A stretch of 64,000 bases of DNA, from the NCBI RefSeq assembly GCF_009914755.1, contig NC_060926.1; one strand, given 5' to 3'. The notes below the pieces were generated by a model. The model did not search any database, had not been told where the DNA came from, and saw nothing but the letters and a program-made list of their open reading frames with translations. This stretch comes from the human T2T-CHM13v2.0 reference genome, Homo sapiens. How positions within the stretch are numbered: the first letter of the stretch is position 1; each line of letters opens with the position of its first letter. The position numbers and the translations under genes were made by a program. Positions 1 through 35,230 of this stretch are shown here, piece by piece.

Positions 1-179
<179 letters not shown>

Positions 180-356
180 TCAGCTCCAGCACTGCCAGGA
201 GGTGATGGCCATGGTAAAGGTGGAGACCCAACAACAGCAACAGCAGGAGGTATGGAATCTATGCACAGCCAGCACAGTAGGGGCCTACAGAGATCTCAAA
301 GTATTTGACTTCTCTGGGCCTCAGTTTCCTTTATCTGAAAATGAAGATGGTAAGAG

Positions 357-986
357 TGTACACTAATTACCTAGGACTGCCATAACAAATTACCACAAAC
401 TATATGGCTTAAAACAACAGAAATTTATTCTCTTGCAGTTTAGGAAGCTACAAGTTTGAAATCCAGGTGTCAGTAGGGCCATGCTCCCTCTGAAGGCTCT
501 AGGGAAGAATCCTTCCTTGTCTCTTCTAGTTTCTGGTGGTTATCAGCAATCCTTGGAGGGCCAGAGCCATTCCTTAGTTTGCAGCAGCATAACTGCAATC
601 TCTGCCTCCATCTTCATGTGGCCATCTTCCCTCTGTGTCCCTCTCTTCTTATGACAACACCAGTCACTAGACAGACTTTCCAGTACAACTTCATCTCAAC
701 TTGATCATATGTGCAAAGACCTTATTTCCAAGTAAGATCACTTTCTTTTTTTTTTTTATTTTATTATTATTATACTTTAAGTTTTAGGGTACATGTGCAC
801 AATGTGCAGGTTAGTTACATATGTATACATGTGCCATGCTGGTGTGCTACACCCATTAACTCGTCATTTAGCATTAGGTATATCTCCTAATGCTATCCCT
901 CCCCCCTCCCCCCTCCCTCAAGTAAGATCACTTTCATAGGTTCTGGGACAACATGAATTTTGGGGGATACTATTCAATTCGGTACA
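357..986 (-). mobile_element. MLT1 (ERVL-MaLR) solo LTR, MLT1C/D-like, inserted in a MIR and interrupted by an L1
   Basis: Characteristic ctgccataacaaattaccacaaac...ggcttaaaacaacagaaatttattctc...gggccatgctccctctgaaggctctagggaagaatcc; TG...CA ends; MIR-like sequence on both sides. Confidence 0.85.
746..918 (-). mobile_element. 5'-truncated L1PA (L1PA2/3-like) 3' end with 17-bp TSD
   Basis: Poly(T) then ttatactttaagttttagggtacatgtgcacaatgtgcagg; exact direct repeat caagtaagatcactttc at 729-745 and 919-935. Confidence 0.95.
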
Positions 987-1720
987 GAGCACCAACCTTA
1001 TAAGAAGTTTATACATGTAAGGTATTATACTTAGGACTATGACTGGCACACAATATCTGCTGTGTAAAGGTTGGCTACTCTTCTTCAACATCTCTGGCAG
1101 GTAGCTGCTGCCAAAAGGATATGTGGGTGTGTTCTCTTATGTAAAAATCACTCTCCCTCCATTTTGAGTCAGAGGCAAGAAACTGAATCAAACTAGAGTT
1201 CTGAAATAAGCTGACTAGCACAGAGCTAGAGCACATGTTTATTACCATTCAGTACCCCTTATCAATATCCCACCAATATTCTCAGTCTGGAGTGAAAAAA
1301 TACCTGCTACAAGCATTTGTTTTTTGAACAACATAGACTTTATCATTCCAAATGAACAATGGCCCTTCAAAGCAGTCCCCTTGTTAGGATCTGCCTTCAA
1401 AGAGCCTTCAGAGCCAGCCAAGAAGCTGTAGCAGAGAGACAGCAGTCTCATCACTTACAATTCAGACTGTGAGTTCTGATCCCAAACTGCTTTACATGGT
1501 ATATTCACCCCATGGTTTGGTAATGAAATGACTTTTGGCTGTATCCAAACATTAAATCCATTCTCTGAGATGGAGATGTGCTATTTCAGAGAAAGTGATA
1601 TTCAAAATAACAAGCTACTTTCAAATTAGGGAAGAGGAGAACAGATTAAAGGTTCTTGCTCTTGCTTCTCCTTTAACAAATGAATTAGGGACAGCTACCC
1701 AAACTGAAAAAAAATACAAG

Positions 1721-2675
<955 letters not shown>

Positions 2676-2784
2676 AGTTCAAAAGTCATGAATAAGTGAT
2701 TTAAAGAAAAAATACAAAGGTCCAAAATACCTCTGAAAATTCAACCTTTAATACTCAAATAAATGAAAATTAAAGCATTCCTAA

Positions 2785-3005
2785 TGAGTGCTATGTTTCA
2801 GTTACTATTCTAAGCATTTTACTTGGATTTATTCCTCACAATAACCCTATAAAATAGGTGCTATCATTATCCCTACTTAACCGAGATGAAACTGAGGGAC
2901 AAAGAAGGTAAATGACTTACCTAAGGTCACACAGTTAGTAAATGGCTGAGTCAGAATTCAGCCCCTAGCAGGCTGGCTCCAAAGTCACATTCTTAACCAC
3001 TGTGT
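2785..3005 (-). mobile_element. MIR SINE
   Basis: gatgaaactgaggg...aggtaaatgacttacctaaggtcacacagttagtaaatggc is the reverse complement of the MIR core. Confidence 0.85.
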
Positions 3006-3023
3006 TACAAGACCACGTCTCAC
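2921..3023 (-). ncRNA. PCBP1-AS1: Predicted lncRNA internal exon (103 nt)
   Basis: Minus strand: acceptor TTTTTTGTCTTCCTCATCTGACAG (AG at 3024-3025) and donor TAG|GTAAGT (2915-2920). Confidence 0.65.
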
Positions 3024-3408
3024 CTGTCAGATGAGGAAGACAAAAAATACAACACCCAATGTTATTAAAAACATGGGAAAACAGGCAATCTCATGTGCTA
3101 ATAGAAGTTTATATTCTTAAGGGTAGTTTGGCTCCGTGAATTGACATTTTAAATATGCATACCCTTTAACTCAGCTGGCAAATTTCTTGGAATTTATCCT
3201 GAAGAGATAGTGCACAAGCATGCAAAGATGTATATATCAAGTGTTTATCATAGAATGCTCACAATAATCAAAATATTGCAAATAAAAAGCCCAATAAGTA
3301 TACCAAATGTCCAACAAATTCATTCACTCAACAAATATTTATTAAGCATCAGTGATGTACCAGGAACTGTTCTCAATACCAAGTATAGAGCATGGATAAA
3401 AGAAAAAA

Positions 3409-3700
3409 GGGTCAGGTGTGGTGGTTGACACCTGTAATCCCAGCACTTTGGGAGGCTGAGGAGGGAGGATTGCTTGAACCTAGGAGTTTGAGACCAGACT
3501 GGGCAACACATTGAGACCCCATCTTTAGAAAAAAATTTTAAAAATAGCTGGGTGAAGCAGCACATGCCTGTAGTCCCAATTACTTGAGAGGCTGAGGTAA
3601 GAGGATCACTTAAGCCCAGGAGGTAAAGTTTGCAGTGAGACGAGATCATGCCACTGCACTCCAGTGTGGGTGACAGAGCGAGACCCTGTCTCCAAAAAAA
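3409..3700 (+). mobile_element. Alu (AluJ-like) within L2-like sequence
   Basis: Alu dimer with ggaggattgcttgaacc; flanks cattcactcaacaaatatttattaagc and ccctgtcttcatggagcttatattcta are L2 3'-end-like. Confidence 0.9.
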
Positions 3701-5448
3701 AGGGGTAGAAACACTCATTCTATGATATAGAATGAGATGCTGCCTGATTCTAGCATAATAAAACAATCTTTAAAAGAAAAATCCCTGTCTTCATGGAGCT
3801 TATATTCTAATGGAGGGAAGTTAGGCAATAAGCAAATAAATAAGAAAAGTATATATCAGATGATGCTAAATGCTATAGAGAAAAATATAGAAGGGAAGAG
3901 AGATAGGGAAGAAAGGAGGATTGTTATCTTGTTACGGGAGTCAAAGAAGACCCCACTGATAACAGATAAAATAAATGGATTAAATATTAGAGAATAATAG
4001 CAGTATTATATCCACTCACTGAACTATAATTCAGCCCTTTATTCTGTATTTATTGACATGAAAATGTCCTCAATCAAGTGAAATCAAGTGAAAAAAAGAT
4101 GGTAAAACAGTAACAAGATATGACTCCATTGATATAAAATTACACATATATATGCTCATATTCCAACTGGGAGAGTAGACCAACATCTAACAAGATTAAT
4201 AATACTGAGTAAGGGTCCAGGCTGAGTGCCAGGCAACAGTATAAGCAGCGTATCTGTTCACGCACCCATTCACTGATCCTCCTCCCAATACCTATACTTT
4301 GCTCCAGAAAGAATTTAAGGACAGCAAATCTACACACCTCCTCAAGTTCTTTATTTCTCTAATCCTTTCTCTCTTCTTCCCAGAAGCCAGGCCAGTGACA
4401 GTGTGAAAAAGGGACATAAGAAGGATGGAAGGAAACCTCCACAGAATCTGGATGGGATTCCTCTTATTTCAATACATAGGAAACAGATCCTGGGGAGGCA
4501 CAACTCCTCCCTGCACACCTGCAGGATTTGAAGCAAGGCCACCTGACTCAGACTCCCTATTTTCATCCCCTACAAAACCCAAGATGCCCTGCAGGGACAG
4601 CTGGGAGCAAGCCTGGCTCATCATATGGAGGTGAAAGGCCACAGGAGGCCAGAGCTCTACCCTTGGCACACAAGGCCTACATCTTTCTATGAGCAGAAAT
4701 GACAGAGTCAAGCCCTTTTTGGCCCCTACCATGTCCTCTCCTCCATGCCTGTACTCATAAGCTATCCTGGCTAAGTTAATTCATGCTCAACCCCCCATAT
4801 CCACCGCCTTGCCCATTTACCGCAGAGATTCACAGATTTCCCCACTAAGGTTCTTGAGACTAAGTCCCTACGAAGGAAAGCTGCCGAGGGTGACCAGACA
4901 TGTTAGTTTGATTCAAACATTTTCAGTCTGGGGTGAGGGTAGCCAGGGTTCAGATCTATCTGCTCTTACATATGTAAGAGCAGACTACACTTCTTGTTTG
5001 AGCATAATGCCACAAACAAGGAACTGGAAACTTCCCAAAGGTGAAATCCACATTGTTGGTGCCTGTATCTTTAGCCTGGGGTGGGGGGTATAGGCACATG
5101 AGTGGAGGCAGGGCACTCAGGGAAAGACTCAACTACTTCAAAACATTTCTCACATACTCTCTGTCACCTCTTGGACACCAACTATAAGCCAGGCTCTGTG
5201 TTAAGTGCTTTCATACACTATTGACAAAAAAAGTAAAATCACTTTTATCAAACATTCCTACTATGTACTACTGAATTTAAGACGCCTAAAGCACATTCAG
5301 GTCCAGCTGCCCTGCTTATAGTTAAATATTCAGGCTTGTTGTTAAGCAGAGGATAGAAACCTGAGATTCTCTCCTCAGGGTTATCACAGAAGTCTACAAA
5401 CTATCAAGTCTGATTCTTCAGGCCCCAATCTGGCTTCAGCTCTCTTAC

Positions 5449-5510
5449 CTGTGCTTTCAGCAGGAAACATCACACTCATGTACGCATCTCAAGTCCCCAA
5501 CACACTTGGT
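5449..5510 (-). ncRNA. PCBP1-AS1: Predicted lncRNA internal exon (62 nt)
   Basis: Minus strand: acceptor TTTCTTCCACTTGCAG (AG at 5511-5512) and donor CAG|GTAAGA (5443-5448). Confidence 0.6.
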
Positions 5511-5770
5511 CTGCAAGTGGAAGAAATTCCCTGCTAGAAATGGGTACCACATGAGGTAGACAAAACCCAAAAGTAATCACACTTCTTCAGCAGAGGAACC
5601 TCTTTCTCTCTCCACCTCTCTCATCTTTGCCAAATGTGTATTTATTGAACAACTCGTATTATGCTCATCACTACAGGATATAAGAGATGCCTCCTGCCTT
5701 CAAAAATTTACCCTAATAGGGAAAACAAAATCAACACATAGGAAGCATGTTATAAAAATAAGAGGGCTCA

Positions 5771-6507
<737 letters not shown>

Positions 6508-6704
6508 TTACTTCAAGAAAAATCTCTAATACAAACATCTGAGACATAAAGTTGGGGATCATTCACAAGACAAAAAAGAGTCTCCTCTTTGCTGTAAAGT
6601 TAACTAAGATATTATTTAACCACCCCTTAAACTATCCATCATACATACATACATACATATATATACGTACAATGTTTATACCCAGCTTTTCAGGATCACA
6701 TTTA

Positions 6705-7040
<336 letters not shown>

Positions 7041-7495
7041 ACACGCACACGTATGTTTATTACAGCACTATTTACAATAACAAAGACATGGAACCAACCC
7101 AAATGCCCATTAATGATAGACTGGATAAAGAAAATATGGTACATATAAACCATGGAATACTATGCAGCCATAAAAAGCAATGAGATCATATCCTTTGCAG
7201 GGACATGGATGAAGCTGGAATCATCCTCAGCAAACTAACACAGGAACATAATACCAAACACCACACATTCTCACTCATAAGTGGGAGCTGAACATTGAGA
7301 ACACATGGATACAGAGAAGGGAATAACACACATCAGGGCTGTTGGGGGGTGGGGGTGAGGGGAGGGAACTTACAGGATAGGTCAATAGGTGCAGCAAACC
7401 ACCATGGCACACGTACAGCTATGTAACAAACCTGCATGTTCTGCACATGTATCCAGTTTTGTTTTTTCTGGTTTTTAGAATAAAGAAAAAAAAAT
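7041..7495 (+). mobile_element. L1PA (about L1PA7-10) 3' end
   Basis: gcacacgtatgtttatt...ggaaccaacccaaatgccca...ggaatactatgcagccataaaaa...aacctgcatgttctgcacatgtatcc. Confidence 0.92.
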
Positions 7496-7628
7496 TTATA
7501 AAGGCAATGTATCAGGTTGGGTGTGATAGCACATGCCCGTAATCCTGACACTTGGGAGGCCAAGACGGGAGGATCGCTTGAGGTGAGGAGTTCAAGACCA
7601 GCCTGGGCAACATAGCAAGACTCCGTCT
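7374..7628 (-). ncRNA. PCBP1-AS1: Predicted lncRNA exon spanning antisense Alu and L1
   Basis: Minus strand: acceptor TTTTTTTGTAG (AG at 7629-7630, from an Alu A-tail) and donor CCT|GTAAGT (7368-7373, in the L1 3'UTR). Confidence 0.45.
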
Positions 7629-7669
7629 CTACAAAAAAATTAAAAATTAAAATTTTTAAAAAGGCAACG

Positions 7670-10912
<3,243 letters not shown>

Positions 10913-10980
10913 CCACCAACTAATTTTTTTAAAAGCACCTCTTTCACTTCAGTGTCTCTCAGTCTGCTGATTGGTTTTCT

Positions 10981-11083
10981 TTTTTTTTTTTTTTTTATGG
11001 TAAATTGAATTTTTTTTTTAATTATACTTTAAGTTCTGGGCTACATGTGCAGAACATGCAGGTTTGTTACATAGGTATGCACA
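10981..11083 (-). mobile_element. Very short L1PA 3' end with two poly(A) tracts and a TSD
   Basis: attatactttaagttctgggctacatgtgcagaacatgcaggtttgttacatagg; direct repeat ctgattggttttct at 10967-10980 and 11084-11097. Confidence 0.88.
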
Positions 11084-11193
11084 CTGATTGGTTTTCTTAG
11101 AGGGAGCATAGTGAGGTAGAAATGAGGGCTCCTTAGATACATCAGGGTTCAAGTATCAGTTCTGCCATTTCCAAGTTAATTAATCTCTTAGAG

Positions 11194-11684
11194 CAGACGT
11201 CCCCAACCTTTTTGGCATCAGGGACCCGTTTCATGAAAGACAATTTTTCCATGGACAAAGGGGAGGGAATGGTCTCAGGATAATTCAAGTACATTACATT
11301 TATTGTGCACGTTATTTCTATTATTATTATGTTGTAATATATAATGAAATAATTATACAACTCACCATAATGTACAATCAGTGGGAGCCCTGAGCTTGTT
11401 TTCCTGCAATTAGATGAGATAGGAGACAGTGACAGATCATCAGGCATTAGATTCTCATAAGAAGCATGCAACCTAGATCCCTCACTTGCTCAGTTCACAA
11501 TAGAGTTCCCACTCCTATGAGAATCTAATGCTGCGCTGATCTGACAGGAGGCACAGCTCGGGCAGTAATGCGAGTGATGGTTGTAAAAACACAGATGAAG
11601 CTTTGCTCACTCGCCCACCACTCACTCACCTCCTGCTGGGCAACCTGTTCCTAATGAGCCACAGACTAGGGTTGGGGACACCTG
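11194..11684. mobile_element. MER1A-like hAT-Charlie DNA transposon
   Basis: Terminal inverted repeats cagacgtccccaacc / ggttggggacacctg; exact 8-bp TSD tcttagag at 11186-11193 and 11685-11692; internal catcaggcattagattctcataag. Confidence 0.92.
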
Positions 11685-11707
11685 TCTTAGAGCCTCTGGG
11701 TTGTCAA
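11630..11707 (-). ncRNA. PCBP1-AS1: Predicted lncRNA exon (78 nt); a second candidate lies at 11366-11403
   Basis: Acceptor TCTGTCTTTTACAG (AG at 11708-11709) with donor GAG|GTGAGT (11624-11629); second pair CTAATTGCAG (11404-11405) with ATG|GTGAGT (11360-11365). Confidence 0.45.
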
Positions 11708-11782
11708 CTGTAAAAGACAGACGCTACCATCTATCTCCTACACAGGTAAAATCACAATATATGGTTGAAAAGCCTGTTAGAA

Positions 11783-14247
<2,465 letters not shown>

Positions 14248-14367
14248 TCTAGGAACAAGGCTAATGAAGAAAGGCCCTTACTTGAAGCTGGCTGTCAATG
14301 TCATAATTAGAGTACTATGTAAAGCCAGAGTCAAGCTGGGCATTAAGTAATCTAGACAGAGCAGTCT

Positions 14368-14530
14368 GAGCTAAGTGTGATGGTGCACACCTATATCCCG
14401 GCAACTTGGGTGGCTGAAGCAGAAGGGTCATTTGAGCTCAAGTTCAGTGCTGTAGTGTGCTATGATCACGCCTGTGAACAGCCACCACACTCCAGCTTGG
14501 GCAACATAGCGAGACCTTGTCTCTAGAAAG
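14368..14530 (+). mobile_element. FAM (fossil Alu monomer)
   Basis: Monomer retaining the 7SL-like segment gtgtgctatgatcacgcctgtgaacagccac...ctccagcttgggcaacatagcgagacc. Confidence 0.8.
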
Positions 14531-16455
14531 AGAAGTCTGAATGAATTATGGAATTTGAAGGTCCCAAAGCAGAAAATAGAAGGCAGGACATTACAGCCAT
14601 GGGACTTAAGAGAACAGAAGGAGCAAGCAAAGACAGTTAGCAGTCTCAGGGAAATCACTAACAATAGTCATGATCTCCAGCTCTCTTAGGTTGGTTTTCC
14701 CAGCATGGCCCTAGGAAGGAAATGCAGGTGCCTCACCTCACAGAGACTAGATGACCAGGCCATAGACTGCCCAGTCTGTGCACATAACCACTCCATCCAA
14801 TCTTCAAAACAGAACACACCGTTCCTCAGTAAGTACTCTATCTTCATGAATCCCCATCAGCCTGCAAAAGAGCTCTGAGCTACATACAAAAACATTCAGA
14901 ACACCTCTAAGGGCCAGGGACTAGCGCTACCCCTCAAGACTCTCTACTTGGCACATGAGTGCCCCCTAACGCTGTCAAAATTTAAGAGCCAGGTCAGAAA
15001 CCTTGATGCCCACTCCTACATACCTTCGGATCCCACCATTCACACACATCCAGCCAGTCTTCCAGTACTTTTTGCTATGCCTCACTGACAGAGTCCCGTA
15101 CTATATTCTACAGAATACTCTCTCCCCAAAATTCAGAGAGAAATTCCACAGATTCATGTTGAACAGAGTCCTGAACTCCTAAGGCTGCTGAGGCCAGCTC
15201 CTATGCCTGGTTCAGTGGGAGGAGGTAGCCTGAAGAGAGCTCACTCCCTTCACCCTGTCTGAAGGAAGCTCCAGGACTACTGCAGGCTTCTGTACATGCA
15301 ACTTGTTTCAAAGATAAGGGAGTTGAACCTGACATATTTAAAAGAATGGATAGGCTCTTGGCAGCAGAAATTTAGGTGGGGGAAAAGTTAAGGTAGGATT
15401 TCTGGGGATTTCATTTTAAAGTAAAGAGCCCATAAAATACAGAGAAAGTAATATACACTCTCACTCAAATCCTTGTATGTCAACTATCTGATCCTTTCTA
15501 TAATCCAAAAGCTGGTTCCAAACTAAAGAGGTAAGAATGCTAAAAGATGATTTAAGTAATCCCCAAGATTATTTATGACTCTAATCCTGAATTGCTTGCC
15601 CTGTTCCTTCTTACACTCTACTCACTATCCAGGTGCTCCAGGTTTATGATTTAATGATCCTGCTTCAGCCTTGTCTCATCTTATCCTTCAGGCCTTTTGC
15701 TTCCTTCCTTGCTTAGAATTCTACTCCGCTGTCAGTTATTCTGCCCTCAGCTACCTGAAGTTAATAATATGCCTACCCAGATTCTCAACCTTTATCCTCA
15801 GGACACATGCTCCCTTCATGAGCAAGTGTTTTGTGTCAGGCTTACCCTGGTTTCATGGATATGACTTAATCATTTTAGATGGTTCATCCAGGCAAACAAG
15901 GGAATTACCAAAGATGGACGAAATAGGAAGAATGACAATGAACCAAGGGCCAGTGTTTAAAACTCACCCTGACATCCTAAAGCACAGCTTCCTAGACCTC
16001 AGGTGCTGCCCCCAATACTCTATCCCCCTCCCTAGTGCCCCACCTCAAAGGTCCTTCTAGCCACTGCTGATAAGCTTTGACTAGGAATTCATGGTGAGCA
16101 CAACATAAGCTTACAGTCTAGTGAAGGACACAGACAACAAAATAATTACAATACATATGATAATTAATGGCAATGCATGCAGAGTTGTAGGATCAAGGCT
16201 AATCAGGTGAAGTTATATGTATACTAAGCTATAACTTAGATGATGAATAGGAGATATCCAGGCAGTGGCAGAGCATGGGAGGAAGGGTGTTCTAGGCACA
16301 ATGAAGAGCACACGCAAAGGCCTTGCAGCAAGAAAGCACATCTAAAGAGATGTCATGAGCTGGAGGATGGGAAGGTCAAGATAGGTGACTGATGCAGATG
16401 ATGCTGGAGAGGCCAAAAGGGCCTAATAGGACAAAGAAAGTTGTTTTACTATTCA

Positions 16456-18611
<2,156 letters not shown>

Positions 18612-20308
18612 CATTCTTCCATTTTATGAAGATCACTCTGGCTGTAGTGTGGAGACTGGAATGGAGGTAGGGGTGAATAAAATTAAGACTGGAAGCAGTG
18701 ATGATAATGGATTATATAAACTAAGATGATGATAATAACAACTAAGATTCACATAGCAATTAGTAGGTACCAATCTATTATTCTAAGCATCTTATATATA
18801 TTAATTCACTTAATCCTCAGAAGTACTCTTTTATAAATTTAAAAACTAACGTACAGGGCAGTAGCAATGGAGAGGGAAAATGATTAGATTCAAGAAATAC
18901 TGAGGAGGTAGGGAGGACAAGTCCTAGTGACTGGTTGTCAGACGTGGGAAGGGAAGGAAGGAATGATTAATCATTACTGGGTTTGGGGCTTTAGCCGCTG
19001 CATACTGTCTATAATGTATATGATTGGGCACTGGAGAAGGAGCAAGTGAGAAAAAGCAGGGGGCTGCAAGACATCCCAGTGGGGTTGTAAGCAATTGGAT
19101 AATCTGGTCTAGAGATCTGGGCTGGAGATTTGGGAATCATCCACGTGTAGATGGTAACTGAAGCTGCCAAAGAGGTTGAGATCACCCAAAAACTGGAAAT
19201 ACCTTAATGTCTTCATAGAAAAATAGCCAAATAAAATACAGCATATCCATTCTATGAAATACTATCCAGCACCAAAAAGAATGAGATATGCCTGTTTGTA
19301 CTAACATGGAATACTGTCAAAGCATGTTATTAAATCATAGAAGAAAATACCAGAATGATACATAAGATGTTATATCACTTGTATAGAGAATTAAATAAAA
19401 CAAAAAATAATACTTTAAATTTTTTCTGGGTTCATACATGTGTAAATAAACACACAGGAAGAAGTATGGCAGGTACATTCCAAATCACCAATACATTACC
19501 TCTAGTGAATACAGAAATAACTGAAATGGGGAGACAGGAATAGCCAAAATATGATCTACAATGTTTTGGTATTTTAAAAATATCATTTATTATATTCTCT
19601 GTAAATTAAATAATTTTTCAAAAAGATTGGGCAGGAGGAGAAGCTTACAAAGGTCATCTTTTGCTTCAGATACTAAATTCTCTCTGTCCTTCCCATCCTC
19701 CACTGGCCTTGAGGTTCACGTATTCTGGCTTCTCATCTGTCTACCTCTGAAATGTTAACACCAAGCCCCCTAAGTCCACACTCTATCCCAAATCCTTGGC
19801 TCCAGGCAAGCCCTGGTCACCAATCTCTGAGCCTGGGCTATAGCCCCAGGAGGAGAGATCAGACACCAAAATCGCAACACACACAGGGGAAATGGGTATA
19901 GATGCCAGCTTCAAGGACAGTGATCAAGTGGCCTTGCTGGCCTCCTGGCCAGCAGAAATTTCAAAGAGCAAAAGGTATCTGAAAGTATCTGGCCATTTGG
20001 AGGCAGCTCTGGAGTGCTGAGGAATGGGGCTGAAGTACAGTCAGGCAAAGTCAGGGGTGAAGTGGTAAGGAGTGGGTTGAAGAAAGAGCTAGTTTCACTT
20101 GTAAAGATTCCAAATGAAGTGCTGCAATCTTATGGAAACCAGGTTTACAGAAAAAGGAGGCGGCAAGCTGCATTCTGTGAGTCTGGCTGGAGAACGGGGG
20201 TTTCTAGGGGTATCTAGAGGAGTCACTTCCAAAGCACCAATTCCAAAAGGCACATTATGTAAAGGTTTAGTAGCTAGAGCAGCAGCAGGAAGCTAGAGAT
20301 GTGAATAG

Positions 20309-27590
<7,282 letters not shown>

Positions 27591-28277
27591 AAATTCTCAA
27601 TGTGTATGCTGTTCTGCTTCTCATCATTACCAGTCATGTGAAAAAATAAACAAGCATAATAACAAGAGAGGCCGGACAAGCTCTTACTTATGGTCCAAAA
27701 AGCACTGAGACATAGGTGTTTGTTTAGCTCCATTTCCCGGTCCAGGGAACACCCAATCCCTCAGCAGGAGAAGAATATAACTAACCTATCATTCATGTCT
27801 TTGGATCTAGGGAAGAATCAATTCAGAGAATAATCGAGGCACATGCTACACTGATAAGATGCTTAAGATCACAATGAAGGTTAGGTAAGTCAGAACTCAA
27901 GCCTGACCTTTACCCCTACACTCAAGTTTGACAAGATGCAGTTTTTGCCCAGTCTTCCTCTCAACCTACTAAGGTGATGCAGCGTAATGGTTAGCAAAAG
28001 CTCTGGAGTTTGACTGCCTGGGTGCAAACTAATTCCGTCATTTATATGCTGTGTGACTTACACAAATTACTTTATTTACCTTATTTCTCTAAGCCTTTGT
28101 TTATCCATCTTTTAAATGAGAATAACAACTATTTTAATTTTTATGATAATAGCTGACATTTGGTAAGCACTTTCTATGTGCCAAGCACTATGCTAAGCAC
28201 TTTACATAGCTGATGGCATTTAACCGTCACCACCATCTTAGGAGGCAGGTATTATCATTATCCTCATTGTACAAATA

Positions 28278-28705
28278 CAGATGTTCCTTGACTTATGATG
28301 AGGTTACATCTCGAATACCGTAAGTCAAAAACATTATTTGATACACTTAGCCTACCAAACATCATAGCTCAGCCTAGACTATCTTAAATATGCTCAGAAC
28401 ACTTAACATTAGCCTCTAGCTTGGCAAAATCATCTAATACAATGCCTATTATAAACTTGAATATCTCATGTAATTTATTAAACACAGTACAGTGTGCAGT
28501 ATTGGTTGTTTGCCTTCATGACTGCACGGCTGAGTGGGAGCTGCAGCTTGTTGCTGCAGCCCAGCATCATGAGAACGTGTCAGTAGGCCAGGAAAATATC
28601 AAAATTAAGAATTTCAAGTGCAGTTTCTAATTAACATATATGGCTTTTGCATCATCGTAAAGTTGAAAATTGTAAGTCAAACCACTGTAAGTCAGGGACT
28701 ATCCG
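28278..28705. mobile_element. MER47/Tigger5-like TcMar DNA transposon inserted in a MIR
   Basis: TIR-like ends cagatgttccttgacttatg / gtaagtcagggactatccg, each flanked by TA (28276-28277, 28706-28707). Confidence 0.8.
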
Positions 28706-29295
28706 TACAAATGAGGCACAGTTTTCTTGTTCAAGGCCACACAGTCAGTTACCGGCAAAACTTAGGTGTCAAAGCAGGAGGTCCGACCCCATAGTCTATG
28801 CTCCTCACTCCTACTACACTGGCTCTACTTCTCATAGTACCGGAATCATATGGTTGTCAGAAGATGGCAACCAACATAAAGTTCTTAGCACAGTGCCCGG
28901 TTCATCAAAGCTGGCCATTACTATTATTTTTGTTATCATCATTATCAATCCCTTTAAGCCTCTCCCAAAGATTACTACCTCCTAAGTTCCAATTTCATCT
29001 AAAAGGAAAGGGTTGTTTTCTTACCTAGCTACCACCTCACTGAGTAGCTGGGAGTGGGGCTGCAGTCTTTTTATTTCATTTCCTTCATGTAATACAGGAT
29101 AAGTACTTGGGTGGAGAAAAAGGGAAATATTTATTGGAAACATGTTACTCTATAAAAAGCAATATTCTAAAGTCTTTGTTTTTAAAAATAAAACCTTTAT
29201 TACCTTCATTAGGAAAAAAAACCATACACTTATTATGAAACTTTTTTTCAAAATAAAGCAGAGATAAATAGTATTTACTTTAAACAGAAACTGTC

Positions 29296-34650
<5,355 letters not shown>

Positions 34651-35230
34651 AAACAACCATAGTATGCTTGCTGAACCAGGTAGGTTACAGAAAATAAATG
34701 TGGTCCCTGCCCCCAGAGAACATAAGAGTCTTATTGAGGAATCCTTCCCACCCCTTCCAAACCCATAAATGTAAACATCAGGGAAAAGAGGGAAGAGATT
34801 TTCTAAAACAAGAGTTAGGAACTTAAGGTAAATGCATTGGCTGTTTGGGGACAGAAAAATAGTAACTGGCTAGAAAGCCTTTTGAGTTTAAGGTAAAGCT
34901 ATCCCACACATCAAAGTCCATATCAAAAGCATCAGAAGCCATGGAAAGGTGTAATCCATAACTAAGAGTCAAGAGGTTCAGCTCAAATTCTAACAGGCTG
35001 TGTAACGTTGGGCAAGTCACTTCACTCCTCTAATCCAAAAATGGCTCTTCTGTAAAATGGGCATAAGACCCTACTGGCAAAGTTGTCTGTGATGATTAAA
35101 CAAGTAACGTGAAAGCACTCTGAAAGGTTTTACGTGACATACCAACTTAACATAAGAGGAAGCAACAATCATTCCTCTGTATGTAGCATAAATCCTGTGG
35201 TTCAACTTCCAAAGTCTAAACCTGACTCAC

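Noticed and set aside
227-250. Short CAA/CAG tract suggesting polyglutamine coding
   Set aside because: Very short, with no supporting ORF or splice context
14368-14530. 7SL RNA gene or pseudogene
   Set aside because: Lacks the central S domain; fits a FAM monomer (same for 63470-63632)
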